A stretch of DNA of 55,058 nucleotides from Azolla caroliniana (taxonomy: Eukaryota; Plantae; Polypodiophyta). The translations under genes and the position numbers were made by a program. Where the stretch lies: contig JBHGNT010000197.1 of the NCBI GenBank assembly GCA_043228905.1, forward strand, positions 1 to 55,058, written 5' to 3'. Shown here in pieces: positions 22,104 to 36,671 of this stretch. Every line of letters starts with the position of its first letter. Within the stretch, counting starts at the first letter, position 1. The notes under the pieces are model-generated. The model had not been told where the DNA came from. It worked only from the letters and a program-made list of their open reading frames with translations, and did not search any database.

Positions 22104-22322
22104 AAGAGCTTGTACAATCTGAAACATGCTCCTAAACTTTGGTACAACGTCTTTTGCTATGATGGACGAGGCTTGAGATTCCTATGTTAGGCTAGAAGCG
22201 AGACAAAAAACCAAAGATATCGAGGGTGTTTTGATTCCTAGCTTCTTCTTAGTGCTACGTCAAGGTAGTAGGACAACAAACAAAAGATATTGAGGGTGGT
22301 TTGATTATGATGTAATCAAAAG

Positions 22323-22549
22323 TGTGGTAGGTTTTTAGGGTTAGGGTTAATGAGAATGATAATGATGATGATTGATGATGAAGATAGACATTGTGTAATG
22401 GTGGAGATGATGAATGGTATGATGGTGAGAGATCATGAAGATGCAAGACAAGCATTGAGAAGCATTGCGGGGTGGGGGGTGGTGCCTAGAATGGCTCCAC
22501 CCCCTTCCCAAGGGGGTTCAACGTTAAGGGGGGAGAGAGAGAAAGATGT

Positions 22550-22590
<41 letters not shown>

Positions 22591-25424
22591 GGTTATTCAT
22601 GTTTCATTCATTCCCCATAAGGGGTTAAATAGTACAAGAGGGGGTAGATACATAGGGGTATAAGCCCCCTCGAGCATTCATATTGGACACTCACTCACAC
22701 CTCCTCGTATCCATCCACATGCACACACGTGTGTATGTGTTCACATACGTATAGACTCACAATTACATTTATGCCCCCTACACATACACAACATCATGAT
22801 AACATTCGACCCTCGGTCATCACACTTGACTCTCCGTACATCTCGTACGGGGTAACACAATATGGCACGCCCGTGGGAAAGTGCCTTGCACGTCGATCCC
22901 ACATGCCTTGATGATGATATTTCTTCGACCGGAACTTCCATCGGTCCTTTCAACGATCGACTCCCTCGATCGGAATGCTTGACTCGAACATCTTTGTCGG
23001 TCAGCAAATCGTCCGCGACACAAACATTCTCGTTCTGTCGGCTAACGAACTTCATCATGGGTCCAAAAACACGTTGTGTGTATGTGTGTTCTTCCTTTAA
23101 TTTTGTGTGAGTTGTCGTTGTTGATCACATCCATTTCTCTAGGTGGATGAGTTTTTACAATTTCCTCGGTGCCCTCAAGTTTATGAAATTTTAGGTTGCT
23201 ACCCTTTGTTTTTGAAATATTATCAAATACCCTCATGTTTTAAAATTATGTTCCATACCCCTATCATTCTCTCTTGCCCTTTCTCTATTTTTCTTCCCGT
23301 CCTATCTTCTGCTTCAATTTCGTCTTTATCCATTCTTGTCTTCTTGTTTTTGTAATGCTCCGACTTCGTCTTTATCTCTAGGTTATTGTTGTGGTCCGTT
23401 ATTACACTCTCTCTTGTGTGTATCCCTCATCTCTTTCTACTTCTTTCTGCTTTCGTTTCCCGCTTCTCTTCTTCTTTTCTCTATCTATTTTTCTTCTTCT
23501 TCTATACCCCTCTTCTTTCCTTCTTGTGTTCCATTTTCCTCCGCTCTCTTTCTTCTTCTACCTCTGTTTCTTCCACTTCGTTCTTGTTCTGTTTTTGCGT
23601 TTCGGGGTAGGGAGGAAACGCGACCTTCACTCTCCCTTTGCTTGCACGTCATCTCCTTCTTTGTGTTGCCGTCGTCGTTTCCGTCCTTCTATATTCATTG
23701 TTGTCGCTTCTGTGGCCGTTGCTATTCACCGTCTCGGCGCCTTTCATCTCTGTGTCGATCATCACCATCTCCCTTTCTCGTCGTCGCTAGGCCTGTTCGG
23801 CCAGTCTCCAGTCGGCTACCTATTTTGGCCGAGATTCGTCGCATGACCACTCTATTCACTCGTCAATATTTGGCCATCTATCCGGCCGTTCTTGCGGCCT
23901 CCGTTCTGGCCGCGGTTCGGCTGTGTCTAGCCGTTGTTGTCTATCGGTTGTCAGTTGGTTGTCGTCTCTGTCTTCGGCCCTTCTGGTCGTGTCTTTTCGG
24001 CCGCCTCTACAACCATTCAATGTTTGCTATTCCGGCCATCGTCTGTCGCTTTGTCCGGCGTGTCCGTCGATTCCAGTCCTCCTCCCGTCGTCTGTCCGGT
24101 CGTCGGCTATCTAATGCTTGTCCATCCCGTCCGCTCGTCTGTTCGGTTCGTCCAGCCAGTTCTGCCATTGTTTGGCATCGTCATTCGTCTGACCGCTTTT
24201 ACTCGGCCGTTTGTTGTCCGACCATCTTCATCGCCAATTTTTCGCTGCCACCGCTGATTATTTGTCGCCACTCCTGTTGTTGTTCAGCTATTGTCCCAGC
24301 CATTTGTTTGTTGTCTTCCGGTCGTGCGTCCGGTCCGTCGTCCTGGTCGCCTGTCTGCATCCGGTTATTCCGACCAGTTTCTGACCCTTCCGACCGCTCT
24401 CCAACCGCGCAGACTGTTGCCCGGTTGCTCTTCAGCCGCTGTCTGGCCGTTATTCGGCCATTCCGACCTCTCTACGGTCGCTCCGACTGTTGTCCGGCCA
24501 CTTAGACACTTTGGCTGCTATCCAGTCGCTCCGGCCACTCTTGCCCGTTGTCCGGCCATTCCGGCGAGTTCTGCCCATTTGGTTGTACTTCTGGTTCCTT
24601 GTTCCGGGCCATTTGACTAGTCGTGTCTTTCCGCGTCGGTTTGTATTTCTTTCGCTTTCTTAATTGCCTTCTCCATCTTTGTTCCAACAATTCCCTTTGG
24701 TCCAGTCGGTTGCTTTCTGGCCATGTGTGTCCGGTCATATGTGGACAGAAATGCACTCTCGCATCTTTGGAAGATACAACATGTGGTGGTTGGGTCTCGC
24801 ATAGATCATAGGCTTTATTTCTCCCTTGCTTTTTTCTTCTTTCTTTGCGATCAGATCCAAGCCAAAAAGACCAATCACATGTCAAACAAAATACACTTGT
24901 ATAGACATTAATTTGTATCAGAATCATGGCACTGATAATCAATCTGTCATTTCTTGCTTCTCATGCACATCATGGTCGCCATTTTTTGCATATTGTTGTC
25001 GATTCCATTTCTTGCAGATCATCACCACGTAACATTCTTCATCTTCCTTGCGCACAACATCACCCTGTTGCATTCCTTGACGGCTTTCAATGACCATCAC
25101 CATTTCTTGCATATTTTGTCGTTATTGACTTGCATCGCCACGTATCATTCTTCGACTCCGTCTCCAAAGGGGGGTCGCCATCATGGTCGTCAAAAGGTGT
25201 TGTAGGTTTTTAGGGTTAGGGTTAATGAGAATGATGATGATGATGATTGATGATGAAGATAGACATTGTGTAATGGTGGAGATGATGAATGGTATGATGG
25301 TGAGAGATCATGAAGATGCAAGACAAGCATTGAGAAGCATTGCGGGGTGGGGGGTGGTGCCTAGAATGGCTCCACCCCCCTCCCAAGGGGGTTCAACGTT
25401 AAGGGGGGAGAGAGAGAAAGATGT

Positions 25425-25481
<57 letters not shown>

Positions 25482-25748
25482 GGTTATTCATGTTTCATTC
25501 ATTCCCCATAAGGGGTTAAATAGTACAAGAGGGGGTAGATACATAGGGGTGTAAGCCCCCTCGAGCATTCATATTGGACACTCACTCACACCTCCTCGTA
25601 TCCATCCACATGCACACACGTGTGCATGTGTTCACATACGTATAGACTCACAATTACATTTATGCCCCCTACACATACACAACATCATGATAACATTTGA
25701 CCCTCGCTCATCACACTTGACTCTCCGTACATCTCGTACGGGGTAACA
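22323..25748 (+). mobile_element. Non-autonomous LTR retroelement, probably Ty3/Gypsy Tat-related. LTRs 22323-22857 and 25198-25748
   Basis: Near-identical TG...CA direct repeats and a 5-bp TSD AAAAG (22318-22322, 25749-25753). A PBS-like tggcacgcccgtggga at 22863 resembles Arg-tRNA PBSs. The 2.3-kb interior has no recognisable gag/pol motifs. Confidence 0.9.
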
Positions 25749-28062
25749 AAAAGGAGACATCCACCAATGTTAATTTCTTTTTGCTTCCATGTGTACGGTG
25801 AAAATGTTTTGCACTTGGAACCAAGTTTATTGTAAATTTGATGGTTAAATTGGTGATTCCACAATGATGATGATGAAATTCTGGATCTTGACATTGTCAA
25901 TCTTTTTGTAAGACTAGTATGCCCTAAATGGAATAGGGTCCCTTTTTCTTATTCCCAATTTCTAATCAACGGAAGTTAAGGGAAAAAGAAAACAATTTCA
26001 TATCATTGTGTGTGCTTGTCAATTAGATTTTTGACGACCTTTTCTTGCAACACTTTCAGGATTTAAACTCAAGTCTTTTCTGGCAACAAGGTTAATTATT
26101 ATTATTAGGTTTTGCCTCATCAAATAACAAGTTTGTGCTTCATTTGATAATCATGCTTCATTTAGGGTTTCCCATAACAAATTACTATAGTTTGTGTGAG
26201 TAGTAAAAAGCCTTTTAGGTGCCATTAATTGTAAAGGTAATGCTACTATATGGGTAGTATAATTCTAAAAATAAAATAAGTTCGTCAAAGTCTCTAGATT
26301 AGACATAGCTCTCTCCAAGTGTTCTTTTGAACTATTCAGATGTGTGAACTAGCCAAGGGAATTGTAACTTAGTTTGGGTTACATATCCTCCCCTCATTCA
26401 CATATGTTTCGATTGGTTTTGCATCTGGTATATTAGCTTGTCTCTCTTTAGGTCATAACTCATTCCATGTACATATTCTCTCCTCTTTCTCTACATAAGG
26501 CAACATAATATCCACATAGGGACTACACCTTAAGATTAGCAACTAGGGTAATCTTTGTGTTGCAACACTCCTTATTTTGGGTCTGATTACAGTCATGTTT
26601 GTGGCATTTTGAGGACGTTATAATAACATTATGTACATTCTTTATGTTATTTCATATTACTATCATAAATTGTAAAGATAACTTTTTTATTTCCCCAAAT
26701 GTGAAGGGTTTGAATTGACCACGATATAAATTGCACTTCCAATCATCATTTGTCACCTTATTCATCAATGGTCAGACATATCAACTATATAAAGATCTTA
26801 CAATTTCATATCATAGATTCAAGTGTAATATACACTAGGGCCTAATTACCAATGTATTCATCATCATGGATTCTAGTATAATACACTTGGTCTTTACTAC
26901 CAAAGTGTTCATCGTCATAGAGTTAAGTATCCGGCACTAGTACACCGGTTATGAAGATCGTGACACCAACGAAAGTCACCAAGTGCAACCAAGCATAGGA
27001 AAATGGCAGGATAGAACAAACCAAAGAAGGACCAATGTAGCCCAATCGACACTCTAGTGTGAAAAAGAGATACTTCGTAGAAAGCTATAAAACCCACCTT
27101 TTGGTGACTTTTAAGCTTTCTCATTCTCGAGAGTTCTCTTCCCATTAGCATATTAAAGCTCTTTCTCTATCTCCCTAATCCTTATTAGAGGCCACAACTT
27201 TGTCTTTGAATGTCTAATTCACTTTAATGAGTCCCTTATATTGACGCCTAGCCATTGGTGTAGAAATACCATTTTCATATATGGGCCATGTTTGTAAAAT
27301 CAAGAAAGGATTGATCTAAAATATAAGGAATACCATTTTCATAATCATAAATTAATTTAGGCCTACATATTTAAGGCCATATGTGTAATTCTAAGGAAGG
27401 TTCTAAAAACATGGCCATTTTATAATTATTAAACATGTTTCTAGAAACTTCTCGAGAAGGCTAATGAGGTTATGAGTAGCCTATCAAAGCCACTTAGGGA
27501 GGGGGGGGGGGGGGAATCCAAAAAGAAATTAACAAAGGAAGCAATCAATCAAGGAATAAAGTGAAGAAACAAACGATATTGTTGAGCAAGAACTTGAAGT
27601 GAAGCAGAAGACGAAGAAGACAAAGATAGTGATCAAAGAGAATAAGATAGAGAAAAGGAAGAGTTGCCCATGGTGAGCAAAAAAGAGAAGGGTGACAAAG
27701 AGGCAAGAGAAAGGGGAATAGCCTATTACAAAAGCTTTCTGCCATTAAGCAGTGAGCAAGAGTTCATAGCTATCTCCCTACACAGACATGAGAGGTGTAA
27801 GTTAAGTCATTTTACATTCTCGTGACAATTAAAGTAGTTCACATATAAGTGATGTAAATTGATATATTCAAGTAATAAAAGCATTCAATTTCACTTTATC
27901 CTCACTATCAACGTCCATTTCATATAATCATGCTCTTTCCCCCAACCATCTCATTTACTTCTATGACGATTCCAACTGCAACAATGTGTCCTTACAATGA
28001 GCATAAAGTGGACCATGGATGGCAGACATATATTTAGCTCTATTAGGCCTAGCAATAGCTCA

Positions 28063-28285
28063 TGCCTATGTGAAGCATTAGGCCTACAAAGAAAAGGGCT
28101 ACCCTTGCCTTGAAAACAATAGATCTCAAGTCATTAATGGATAAAGAGAGAATTTGTTTATAGGACAAACCTCTTGCCTATGTGAAGCATTAGGCCTGCA
28201 AAGAAAAGGGCTAACCTACCTAGCCTTGAAAACAAAGATCTCAAGGCAGTAATGGATAAAGAGAGAATTTGTTGATAGCACAAAC
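28063..28285 (+). repeat. Tandem duplication, ~112-bp unit x2
   Basis: tgcctatgtgaagcattaggcct...taatggataaagagagaatttgtt starts at 28063 and again at 28175. Confidence 0.85.
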
Positions 28286-29015
28286 TACGTGAATATTTTG
28301 AATGTTTTATAATGACATTATTTTCTGCTGTTATTTAGGGCAATAATTCTTTAAATTGGTCACAATAAGCACTAAACAAGACAGAATTAGAACTCCTGGA
28401 TCTGGTTCAAAAACTGTTAGTGTTAATTAAAATAATGCAAAAATCTGAGTTTCAAAATGTACACAAACAATGATAAGAGTGTCTGGCGTGAAAAAAGAGA
28501 AAATTACAAGACTACTGTGAAGACAGCCCAATAAAAAAAGGTGGTCTCTCCCAGTAACTTATTTGAATATGTAGCTCCAAAGCAACAGAGATCACGTTAA
28601 AAAGCAGTGAAATATCTGACTGATGCGAAGAAGCTGCAGATTAGATTAGATGTAGTTATATATCCAAAGATTCGTCCAGCCATGGAAAGCTTCATCAGCA
28701 TTTTCTTGTGTATACTTGCATGACTCGGATGTCACCAGAGAGCCAACATAGCAAATGTTTAAACTCGAAGTTCCGGAAACCATCTTGAGCTGCAAAGATG
28801 GTTAAAAGAGTCACCACTGCTATGAATAGATATGCTACAAGTATAAACAAAACCCTAACCACCCAGGTAACAAAGTGAGACATATATCCCTTCAAAAAAC
28901 TAGGGTATAAACTCAATGGATTTGTCTACAGAGCTATACAAGATCTGCATCTCTTGCGATGAAGAGTGTGTTATAGGAAATTTGTGAGCAAATCTCTGCA
29001 TCTGAAAATAGCAAA

Positions 29016-32000
29016 TCACTGTAGATATGAACTTAAGTACAATCGAACAGCTATATCAAGAGGTCTACTATCACCCCCAATAGCAAAAACCTGTACTGGA
29101 ACTGAAGCTAAAAGACGAAGTGTTAATGGCAACACAGCAGGTTCTGGTTTCTTGCCAGCAGCAGTATTATCTTCATTTATTTCATTTGGTTCAACCACTG
29201 CTTCATCACTCATGTCGGAACTATTTGCTGGATTCACTACATAAGCTACATCAGTTAATACTCTTGCTCGACTTTGTTTTCCTTTCTTCGAGCTTCTCTG
29301 TGTTACCATGTCTAAAATCGCTGTGCATGTCATGCTGAACCACTCTACTGATAATCCTTCTGTATCTTCATAAGTAATGCGCCGCTCCATCTGCAAACAA
29401 AACCATAGACATCAAATCAGCAACTAGAAGGATATGTCGTTGTAACAAACAAAATCGTAAATATATGAAACATTAACAAGATGTCTCCCCATACTCTCAA
29501 ACATTTGAAACACAACAAGCATTTTGTCTTACAGCAATGGCATATACGTAGAGTGAGACAAACTTTGGACCAACAGCTAGTACCCGTGCTTCTGAGAAAA
29601 TCCACTGCATGTGCACAAAGGATTGAAATTTTGTTAAAACTTGAAGAATGTCATTAAGTCCTTCATTCATATACAAAGAATATAGTATAATTATTTTGAG
29701 GAAACCTCAAGATAACCCTGAGCTCTTCTTTGTTCCCTAAAGTGCCCCTACTGTAATTTAGTTCCCCTGATGCCCTTGGATAACTTCCGATAAGAAAAAT
29801 AACACAAGCTATTTGAGCAATTATATGGAAAATTCATCTGCTTCTAAGTTTTTTTATGTACCATTTGAGTAACTATGTGGTCAATTAGTTCCCTTCTCCA
29901 TTTCTGGGGTCGACCAAGGGCATTTCGAAAATTAGAAAACCACACAGGAGTATTTGGGTGTTTTGTCCCTATTATTGCTTACCTCTTTCTTCCTAAGCAT
30001 AGCCCAGAGGTACACCTTGTCGCTGGCATCTCTCACATTCCTACTTGCTAGCTTTCGCCTATTGCAATGCTCAGCTAGTAAAGACAACTCTTGACAAGAT
30101 GGAACTTTATGGTTATTTGCAGCAGTAGCCAAAGCTTGTTGGCCTTCGGGAGATTCAACCTTCTGCTTGTCCAACAAGGGACCAGTAATGTATCTGTTAA
30201 TTATAGAAGAAGTTCCACTGTAACTCGCTCCTGAAAGTAGACCTTCAGCCTCTAAAGCTGCCGCCAGAGTTCTATGAACAACAATGTCAGGATATCTGCG
30301 AATTGGGGAAGTAAAATGGGTATAGAGTGGCGTTGCCAATGCATAATGAGCCCATTCTTCTTCATTTTTCAGCTCTCCAGTAGAAAAATATTTAGCTAGT
30401 TGCATCGGTTTAGTTGCATAAAGCATCAAAATGCTACAAAAGGCAGAATCCTCCTTGTGAGCTTCACAGAGCTTACTCAAAGACTCATGTAATGCACCAG
30501 ATGAAGAAGCATCCAATTCGAGCCCATTCTTGCTACAGAATTCCTCCAGCTCTTTTAATTTGCGGAGGTTAGGTTCAGGATGGCGTCTCAACAGTGCACA
30601 GTCAGGAAATGCACCAGCTATTACTTTAGCAACAGTCATATTGGCCAAAAGCATGAATTCCTCCACCAAAAAATTAGAGTCCTGATGCTCATAGAGGCTA
30701 CTGTCATTAGGTGTTCCATCCTCATCTAAGTCAAACACAAGTCTTGAATTTTGGAGACTGAGAGCACCACCTTCAAACCTTGCAACACGCCTATGTTTTG
30801 CTATAAGGTGAAGAACCTTTACATCATCAAAAATTTCAACCCATTTAAACCCCCCATGTAATTGAGGCCAACCTGAATCTTCTGTACAATTCTCTACCTC
30901 ATCATTTTCATTTACTGTGACTCTCCCGTCAATAATATCCTGTACTTGCGAATATGACAGTTTACAACAAGATTTTATTATAGTGCGCCCAATCCACTGG
31001 TCAACAATCTGCCCTGAGTTATCAATATCCCACATAATAGAGAAGGCAAGGCGATCAACCCCAGGGTTAAGAGAGCATAACTCTTCACAAAGTACACGAG
31101 GCAACATAGGAAGCACTTGTTGAATGAGATAAACACTGGTCGAACGATTCTGTGCTTCCTTATCCAGTTCAGTATCTGGATGAACAAAGTATGAAACATC
31201 TGCAATGTGTACACCAATTCTTAGCAGCCCATTTTCCAAACTCTCAATTGACAATGCATCATCCAAGTCTCTAGCTGTAGCTGGGTCAATTGTGAATATT
31301 CTAGAACTTGTAAGGTTTCTTCTTCTCTTGAACTCCTCAGATGGTATACCCCAAGGTATCTCAGGTAGACATTTTAACACTGACAAGGGAAATTCTGCAC
31401 TGTGAACAGCATGCTCAAATAATATGGCCGCCAAATGGGCATCTAATGCCCCACCTTGGCCAAGACTGTGAGTAACAACTGCATGGGGAGAAAATCTATC
31501 CTCTTTCCATTCCACAACAGAAGCTGCCACAAGTTCACTGCAAAGCTTTGGGTCACCCACCAGATATTTCTGTTTGAGGTCAGTAGGTAGATCATTGACA
31601 AAAACAATCATTTTTGGAAACCTGGCATCAGATGGTACAAGCAATAAAGAGGCGTTTGATATAGACGCTTTGGATGGTTCTTTCACGATATACTTATTGC
31701 CAGCCTTATGATCAATTTCCAGAAATCCCACAACTGTTTCACGGCGATCTGACTTCTCTAAAATTGCTACCACGTCACCAGTAGGTCGCTTGTCAGGATA
31801 TGATGCCACAAGATCCCGTAAAGTTTTGGTTGCACTGCTCAATAGAGGAGTATCTGTCACCTCCGACTGACGGTCATGCTGCTTCTGACCCTTGTCATTT
31901 TTTAATGAAATATTTGACATCAAGTCATCTAGCAGCTGATAATTTACTTCACTGTCCTTTACTTCCATTGTGGATTCAATATCTGACAAAGCATCTGCAT

Positions 32001-35000
32001 CTTCTCTGCTACCTTTTAAATCAGTAACGGATGTCAGTTCTAAATCGTCACATTGGCCCTCCTCATCTATAAGCTGACTCCCATGGTTGCAAGCAACGAT
32101 ATCAGTCACTCCAGAACTAAGATCATTACTGTTCTGATTGGCAACTGATCCTTTCAACTTGGTCCAATAAGGAACAGGATTGATGACAATCGCAACAACA
32201 TCACCGTCAATCTGCAAAAAGTAATTGACATACCTTAGAATAGGAGCATAATGCAGGACTGTTAAATATTGTCCACATTTACAGGTTCAAAGGACTCACT
32301 GCTCTATTTTGGGCTTGGGCACCTTCAATAAGTACATCGACTGCAACACCATCTATGGTTGCATATGCCTGAAAAAGAGGTAGAGAAATTATTTTAATAA
32401 TATAACAAATACTGAATTGTGTACTATCAGAAAAACCAAACATTCAACTAGAATTATCACAAACATTCAGATATTCAACTACTAATAATTTACAACTATT
32501 CAGCTGGAGTTCTTAAAACAAGGAACTGAAGGTAAGAAACCTCTACAAACAGAAACAGAGAAAATGACATATTAAATAAATCAAGAAGAAATGATTCTAG
32601 CATCAGTTAAATTGGGCTGATCACATTTTCCATCCTTATGGAGGATGGTGCAGTGAATGCTTTATTTAACGCTAATTCAGAATATGAAACAAAAGCATGC
32701 ATCACAGATGTGTATGGTGAATAAAGCATAGACAGGATTCTCTGAGATATGTGCATATCAATAGGACTTGATAAACTGGGATTACCTCATTCCTACAATG
32801 TACATTAATTCTTAATTTACAGCGGAAAACCTTGCCATCCTGCAGAAAAAAATTTGGTGTCAATGATCAGAATTTAAAATGCATAGTACATAAGGAAACC
32901 TTTAACCAAGGCATGCATATAAAAGATGTGTACTAACCTTAATAGCAGATTCCACTTGTCCAGATGGCCAATGCATAGGAAAGAAGGTTCTATCATGTGT
33001 GCCCAGTTCGTTCTTTTGTTTGTGAGCATTAGGTGAGCAGAACCGTGCTACAGGGAACCTTCCCAGACAAGAATTTCCAGAACCACAGTTGGCCACAGAC
33101 AGCTTTGAATCACTAAATGAGTTGCTTGTGCTGGTCTCCTCAAGTGAAGGAGTTGAGCCCACATATCCATCTTCAGCAGAGGTAGAGTTCTGAATAATCC
33201 TTGACACATAACTCTCTGCCTTAACTTTCGGACTGTACTTCAGCTTCTCATGCTTAACATTTGGAGAATCCATCCCTGTAGGGACTGCCATTGTTTTATT
33301 GTTCCACTTTGTCTTTGGTAAGGGAATTGCTGGAGTATCTCTAGCTCTAGTCTTGTTAGGAGTGCTGGAAGCCAATTTAGTGAAGCCATTATCACCAAAT
33401 CCTGTCATTGAGAGAGAAGCATTCTGTGCAGAACATGCGCCAGAAATTGACACTTTTGAAGTATCACAATCTTTACTATTAAAACAAGGACTGGGCATGC
33501 AGCTTGGGCTTGGACTCCTTAAACAAGATGTAGATTCTTGCTTGGAAACCACTAACTCCTTAGCCCCTGAAACAAACAAGTGTACTATAATATAAGCATG
33601 CTTCTATATAAGAACTGATAACTTACAAAGCAACATAGGATACGTTGTGAGACAGGTAAAGGGAGCAGCAGGGTGATGCTGAATATTTTTCATCCCCTAT
33701 GTGGAAAAGAGTACAGACTGCAGATTCAGCAGGAGGTCGTAATGTAAATCAAAGTGAAGATTTAGAGCTTAGATGTGCTTATCAAACTTTAAACCTAGGA
33801 TATAAATCATGAGGCAATAGGAAAAAGAGAATAGAATGCACAGTGCAGCTTCATCAGAAAATAGTCATGTAAAACAACACGAAAATTTAAAGCTTACAAG
33901 TGCTTTACAAACTTTGAAACTAGGATATAAATTACATCAATTTTTTATTGAATAACCCTCAAACAAGGGACGGCAAAAAGAGATTGGGACTGGGGCCAGT
34001 CCTGCGTTACCTTTGCCAAAAGTTAATGATGTATAAACACAAATTTAGAAGTGCTTAATAGAACTAGAAATGACAGACACTGGGATATAAATCCCAGAAG
34101 AAAGGGAATGACATCTAAACAAGGGAATGACAAAATATAATGGGACTGGTTCCAAAGTTGAAAAGGCAGACCCCTGTTCCTATGCTAGCCATCGCTGAAA
34201 ATATGAACAAAACTTGGATATAAATTAAATAAACTAATGAATGTTCTTTCATCAGAAAGTAATCACGGCAGAATTTCAAGTATCATGATGCTCAACTCTA
34301 CAACTAGGATAGAGGTCCACATACAGTACATTGCTACAGAAAACACCATCAGCTAGTGTAAATGATCACTCATGTTTCAAAGTGCTTAAAATTATATAAT
34401 TCTGATATAAATCATGCAGATTCAAGAAGGCAACCATGTAAATTGGCAGACAGATTTAGGACTGCTTGACAATCCAGAAACTAGCAAGAAAATAACATGA
34501 ACTGAGGTATAAGGTATAACGCACCATCCAGGACATTCTTTAGTAGGCTGCATATTCACCTTCATCAGAAAACAATCATGCAAAACACCACACAGGTTTT
34601 GAGGTACTTGAACAGAATAGCAGACAGGCTTTCAAAATTTTGAGCTATGTTCACAAATCTGAATTGTTATGGCTTGCATTACGAAGAAGTAGAACCGAAA
34701 TTGTGTGCAAAATATCCAACTCAATGCCTTGATTTCTAGTTGGGGTTAGATATCAGTCCAAAATAAAGAGTTTTGCATGACATATCTAACTTGATATCTT
34801 TGTTCGCCAGCAAGTCATGGAAATGCCAAAAAATGCAAACAGATAATTGCTTTACTCAAACAGACAAAAAACAATGCATACGGCATCACAAACTATATTT
34901 ACAGATCGTTGTAGCTTTGCAATCAGCAAAAATCAGAAGAGAAAATAGGCATATGCCATCACAAACTACATTCACAGATCTACATAGTCTAGTATTCAGT

Positions 35001-35695
35001 TCAAATTCAGTAAATTAACAGGCGTATGGCATCACAAACTACACGTCAATCTGTACTGTTTATCAATGAATAAAACCAAGTAAACAATTGCTTCAACAGC
35101 AAAATCAGAAGACATAACGGGCATTTGTCATCTCAGATCTGCATATTCTATCATTGAGTGCATATGCAGCATATAATAGGATATCGCGTTTCCAACTACT
35201 TTCAAAGATATCTGAACGGTTTAACAATGAGCGAAAACACATTAACGGTGATTCAGAGGATGTAACAGGCATATGTAGCGCAAAGTACATTCTCGGGTCT
35301 GCATACTTTAATTTATGCACCGAGTTCGCAGTAAGACTCCAAGAAAAGAGAGAGCGTTTAACGCATATTATGATCAAATGGGAGATTATAAAGAAGTACG
35401 TAAAAGTACACATACCGTAAGGAGAAGAGGATGCTTCTGAAGAAAGTTCCTGAGAAGATCGGAGAGAGCTGCGTCGGCGGCGGGGTTTCTTGTCAGAATC
35501 TGCGTCGCTGAGGTAAGGTAGAGAGGGGGTAGGGCTGGCTGTACTTTGGGTTAATTCAGCCGTACTCCTGGAGTGGGAGCGAGACATGGACGGGGAGTCA
35601 GCGTACAGGAAAGGAGGAGCAGGAACGGCGTTGTAGAGCTCGGTCTTCGTTTTCTGCTTCAGAGCGATCTTCTGCTGCTTCTGTTGCATCGCCAT
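29016..35695 (-). CDS. DIS3L2: DIS3-like exonuclease 2 (RNase II/RNB family; SOV orthologue), ~1235 aa. Exons 35695-35416, 33566-32938, 32839-32786, 32368-32300, 32211-29983, 29604-29533, 29390-29016
   Basis: RNB catalytic motif IFTIDPATARDLDDALS, GVHIADVS, SNFLVEEFMLLAN, HYALATPLYTHFTSPIRRYPDIVVHR and cold-shock region DVLIEGAQAQNRAIDGDVVA. No PIN domain seen. All GT-AG junctions keep frame. Confidence 0.93.
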
Positions 35696-36230
35696 CGCTG
35701 AAGGAATGGAAATGTGGGAGAGAGACAGAGAAACAGAGAAAGAGAGAAAGAAGAATAAAATCGAATCAAATGGTGGAACTTTTGTTATTTCTTTTTGGGT
35801 TTTATGTTTCTGGGGCGGTTGGTTTCTGTCGTTGAGTAAAAACTTTTTTTAAAGAAATCTCGTAATAGGTGCCAAAAAAAAGGGTTTTATTACCAACGAT
35901 TTTTCTCTTTGTTTTTTACCTATCGAAAAAAGAACTCGTGCGAATGGCAGATGCATAGATCAAATCGAACCAATCCAGAAGCAAATCCAATCAACTAGGC
36001 ATTAGAGGAATAGATGATTAGATCATCTTATTTTGATCGACCCTTCCAAATCGAGAAGCAAATCCAATCAATAAGCATGATGAATAGATGTTTGATCAAT
36101 CCCTCCACATTTCATTTCCCTTTCCACACCTTCAATATGCATCGGAATTTTTCATGAACATTGTATTCTTCTTACATCATAGTTCGATCAAACTAACTGT
36201 GTTGATAGAGATAAGTTGTTTGATGCAATG

Positions 36231-36671
36231 CATAGCAATGGGCCTGGTTCGGTTTCTTTGCCTTGAAACCGAGAACCGAACCGAACTCAGCCGAACCATT
36301 TATGTATATAAAACAAAAACCAAACCGCTTATGAACTCTCAAGCCGTTTAAACCAAAACATTTACGAAAAGGTAAACCAAACGGTTTAGGGAAAAGTTGA
36401 AACCAAATCTACCATTTAATAAAAAATTTAAACTATTTAAGTCAAATTAATTAAAAATCTAAATAAACACAAATACATTAAATTAAACATTTAAGTTAAA
36501 TTTATTAAATCAATGAAAAAAACATTTGTTAAACCATTCAATTAAATAAGCATTTAAGTTTAATTAATTAAATCAATAAAATACCCATTAAATTTTTTGG
36601 AGCCAATATCCGTTAAACCATGGCTTAACAATTCAGTTTGGTTTGAGCCAAAACCGGGCCCATAGCTCACG
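36231..36671. mobile_element. Possible degenerate MITE (hAT-like)
   Basis: Imperfect inverted ends (agcaatgggcctggtt / aaccgggcccatagct), internal AACCG/AAACC subrepeats and an AT-rich core. The flanks atgcaatg and atgcagtg could be an 8-bp TSD with one mismatch. Confidence 0.5.

Noticed and set aside
22330-22348. Telomere or interstitial telomeric array
   Set aside because: Only two or three TT(T)AGGG units are present, and they are part of both LTR copies.
23336-24505. 389-aa ORF as a real protein
   Set aside because: It is an S/L/C/R/F-rich low-complexity product of pyrimidine-skewed, stop-poor sequence, with a non-ATG start and no recognisable domain.
26090-27990. Additional solo LTRs or TE remnants
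   Set aside because: There are LTR-like fragments (ends in ...gcaaca, purine tracts), but I could not find matching termini or TSDs.
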